44,661 nt of DNA, taken from positions 1-44,661 of the forward strand of contig CAINWJ010000159.1 in assembly GCA_903854455.1 (NCBI GenBank). Reading direction: 5' to 3'. The translations under genes and the position numbers were made by a program. Shown piece after piece: positions 42,431-44,661 of this stretch. The stretch is from Candidatus Peribacteria bacterium. GTDB lineage: Bacteria > Patescibacteriota > Gracilibacteria > Peribacterales > Peribacteraceae. Each line of letters opens with the position of its first letter. Within the stretch, counting starts at the first letter, position 1. The notes beneath the pieces were generated by a model, which saw only the letters and a program-made list of their open reading frames with translations, was not told where the DNA came from and made no database searches.

Positions 42431-42450
42431 TCTTCTGATATTCTCCCCGC

Positions 42451-43479
42451 ATGCTCAACTACATCGGTCTCACCGGCTACATGGGAAGCGGCAAAGGCGA
42501 ACTCGTGAGGATGCTGCAGGAACATGGATATAACTACATTTCGCTCTCGGACATGGTTCGTGAAGAAGCGACGAAGCAGGGCTTGCCACACGAACGCGAG
42601 TACCTCCAGAAGATCGGCAATGCGCTCCGAAAATCCGGTGGAGCCGGCGTGCTGGGCAAGAAAGTACGTGAAAAGATTGAGAAAGATCCCGGCAAGAAGT
42701 GGGTGATCGATGGGATACGCAATCCGGGCGAGTGGAAGGAGCTGAAATTGCTTCCCGGTTTCCAGATGATCGGCGTGAGTGCGCATCCGGACATCTTGGT
42801 CGATCGCCTGATCTCCCGTCAGCGCGAGGGAGGGAAGCAAGAAAAGGAAGAGATCCTGGAGCGACTCAAGAAAGAACGCGGGATCGGCGAACCACCGGAC
42901 GGTCAGCAGGTGCAGAAGTGCCTGGATGAGGCAGATTACTTCATTTTGAATGAAGGATCGCTCGATGAACTCAAGAAGAAGCTCAATCACTTCCTCAGGC
43001 TGGATACAGGCGAGGATCGCCCGACATTCCACGAAGTCTTCATGGAGATCGCCTACACGTGGGCCAAGCGTGCTACCTGCCTCCGCCGCACCGTCGGCGC
43101 AGTGATCGCGAAAGACAGTCAGCAGCTCACGGCAGGCTACAACGGCGCACCCCGCGGCGTCCCGCACTGCGCGGAGCTGGGAGGATGCCTACGGGAAAAG
43201 CTTGGCATCCCGTCCGGCCAGCGCCACGAGATCTGCCGCGGCACGCATGCCGAACAGAATGCGATCACGCAAGCCGCCAAGCTGGGTATTTCCATCGCAG
43301 GTTCAACGCTCTACTGCAACACCTTCCCCTGCGTCATCTGTACCAAGATGATCCTCAACGCCGGCATCTCGACCGTCGTGTACGACGCCGACTACGACGA
43401 TCCTCTCTCCAAGGAAATCCTGGGACAGCAGAAGGATCTCAAGCTGATCCGGTATGAAGGGAGGAGGGTGAGGGGCTGA
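42451..43479 (+). CDS. Fusion protein: N-terminal P-loop nucleotide kinase-like domain + C-terminal dCMP deaminase
   Basis: The N-terminus has IGLTGYMGSGKGE (P-loop), DGIRNPGE and an ADYFILNEGSL-type tail. The C-terminus has the deaminase zinc motifs HAEQNAI and PCVICTKMI. Confidence 0.88.
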   Translation: MLNYIGLTGYMGSGKGELVRMLQEHGYNYISLSDMVREEATKQGLPHEREYLQKIGNALRKSGGAGVLGKKVREKIEKDPGKKWVIDGIRNPGEWKELKLLPGFQMIGVSAHPDILVDRLISRQREGGKQEKEEILERLKKERGIGEPPDGQQVQKCLDEADYFILNEGSLDELKKKLNHFLRLDTGEDRPTFHEVFMEIAYTWAKRATCLRRTVGAVIAKDSQQLTAGYNGAPRGVPHCAELGGCLREKLGIPSGQRHEICRGTHAEQNAITQAAKLGISIAGSTLYCNTFPCVICTKMILNAGISTVVYDADYDDPLSKEILGQQKDLKLIRYEGRRVRG

Positions 43480-43608
43480 TTGATGTAGATAGATGGTGGA
43501 CCAGATTAGATTGAATTCGAACACACTGCTGCCAAACATTGAACAGGTGGCGCGGATTGTTGATAAAAACGCGAAAGTACAAAAAATCGCTCAGATAGAA
43601 GTTATGAG

Positions 43609-43633
43609 GCAGGTAGGGAAAAAGTGTCAGGCT
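43609..43633. repeat. IS left terminal inverted repeat
   Basis: See the IS feature. The sequence was read directly. Confidence 0.88.
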
Positions 43634-43683
43634 GAAAAGTAAGTATCTTCGCTAGGATTAGCACAATATCCTTTCCCAAATTC

Positions 43684-44642
43684 ATGATGCCCAAAAAAAG
43701 TGCAAGCAATGCGGCTCGTTTCACATAAAGAAAAACGGTCGGCAAAGAGCAAGACAGCTCTACAAATGTCTCCACTGCGGTCATCAATTTCTGCGTGCCT
43801 ACAGGAGCAATCGTGTCCCTCGTTCAGTGCGAAAGTTGTACCGCATGTATGCGAAGCAGAAACAAACCTACAAGGAACTCCGCGACGATTACGGTTTTGA
43901 TCCAAAGACCGCTCGAAAATACTTCGATCAGTTCCCTCTGCACACCGGAGAAATGAGGGTTGCCAGTAAACCGGTGGCACTCACGATGGACGCTACATTT
44001 TTCTCGCGGACCGATGGCATTTTGGTCTGTCGTGCACTGGGAAAGAACTTCTACTGGCGCTACATCTCAACCGAGAAGATTGAGGAGTATGCACGTTGCC
44101 TGGATGCCCTCGAAGCTGCAGGCAATCGATTCTCATCGTTCACCATCGATGGGCGTCGCGGAGTGCGTCAGTATCTCGAAAAACGCCATGGAGGCATTCC
44201 AGTGCAATTCTGCCATTTCCATATGCGTCAGCTCGTCACAACCCGTCTCACGAAACGCCCCAAGCTTCCTGCGGGCAAGGAACTTGCTTGCATCGCAGCG
44301 ACCCTGTCGGAGACGACGCAGAGACGATTTGAGCATGCGCTGGTGGGTTGGGAGAAACGGTGGAAAGCTCTCCTGCGGGAACGAACTGAGAACCCATTCG
44401 GAAAACGTAAATGGCAGTACACACATCGGCGACTGCGCAGTGCGTTCTATTCACTCAAACGGAATCTCCACTGGCTCTTCACATATCAACGCTTTCCAGG
44501 TTTGAACATCCCACGCACAACAAACTCTTGTGACGGCTATTTCGGTCACCTGAAGAAGAAGATTGCCGCTCACCAAGGAATCAGTCGGAAGAGACGAAAT
44601 CAGATGCTGAATTACCTTCTGGAGCTACCCAATCTAGCCTGA
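43684..44642 (+). CDS. DDE-type transposase with N-terminal C2C2 zinc ribbon; needs a -1 shift in an A7 run right after the ATG
   Basis: The zinc ribbon CKQCGSFH...YKCLHCGHQF (from 43701) is in frame with the body (LTMDATFF, FTIDGRRG, VQFCHFH, TTNSCDGYFGHLKKK) down to the stop at 44640-42. That frame has no ATG/GTG/TTG start after the TAG at 43659. ATGATG at 43684 is in the +1 frame and joins through A7 (43693-43699). The IS family is unresolved, with IS1/IS1595/ISL3/IS256-like features. Confidence 0.75.
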
Positions 44643-44661
44643 CACTTTTTCCCTACCTGCC
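44636..44661. repeat. IS right terminal inverted repeat
   Basis: agcctgacactttttccctacctgcc is the reverse complement of IRL apart from a 1-nt homopolymer indel. Confidence 0.88.

Larger units (their letters stand above)
43609..44661 (+). mobile_element. Insertion sequence (about 1053 bp) with 25/26-bp terminal inverted repeats; right end coincides with window end
   Basis: IRL ggcaggtagggaaaagtgtcaggct spans 43609-43633. IRR 44636-44661 is its reverse complement with one extra A/T in the homopolymer. A single transposase gene lies between them, and its stop codon lies in the IRR. Confidence 0.88.

Noticed and set aside
42103-43167. 354-aa ORF on the minus strand
   Set aside because: It is antisense to both the serine hydrolase and the kinase-deaminase gene, each of which has clear catalytic motifs.

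Overview
This is a compact chromosomal window of about 50% GC. All conserved genes read full-length with TGA as a stop, so the standard genetic code applies.

**Housekeeping genes**
- infB, an NrnA-like DHH phosphoesterase, tRNA-Pro(GGG), eno and lgt.
- thrS, dnaA, rseP, tRNA-Val(GAC) and comF.
- proB-proC-proA, dut, ftsZ, ftsA, a stand-alone 5'-3' exonuclease and mgtA.
- An RBBP9/YdeN-type serine hydrolase and a P-loop kinase::dCMP deaminase fusion.

**Accessory or orphan genes**
- A 1286-aa secreted NHL-repeat protein.
- A 1514-aa orphan protein with one HExxH motif.
- A 559-aa protein with 46 cysteines.
- An Avd/23S-IVS-type four-helix-bundle protein.
- A collapsed glgA remnant.
- Several small membrane proteins.
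- A roughly 1.05-kb IS element that ends exactly at the right window edge.

**Likely origin.** The gene content fits a reduced-genome uncultivated bacterium, possibly CPR- or Peregrinibacteria-like. The absence of Shine-Dalgarno motifs at 16 hand-checked starts fits too. This is inference only, because no database search was possible.

**Most unusual signal.** It is not a gene.
- Almost every intergenic spacer holds a long imperfect inverted repeat whose arms are degenerate tandem 5-9-nt words.
- I count at least 8 word families and 15 two-armed loci.
- In every two-armed locus the G-rich arm is 5' and the C-rich arm is 3'.
- The arms often touch or overlap stop and start codons.
- Some arms are clear paralogous modules shuffled between loci.
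- One hairpin carries the four-helix-bundle ORF in its loop.

**Secondary signals**
- In-frame palindrome insertions in proB and proC.
- A set of mutually exclusive GC helices between ftsA and ftsZ.
- An 85-nt three-helix GC-rich element upstream of ftsA.
- An inverted DnaA-box pair.
- An A7 frameshift at the 5' end of the transposase.

**Limits.** All homology calls rest on motifs read by eye. No BLAST, HMM or RNA-folding computation was run.
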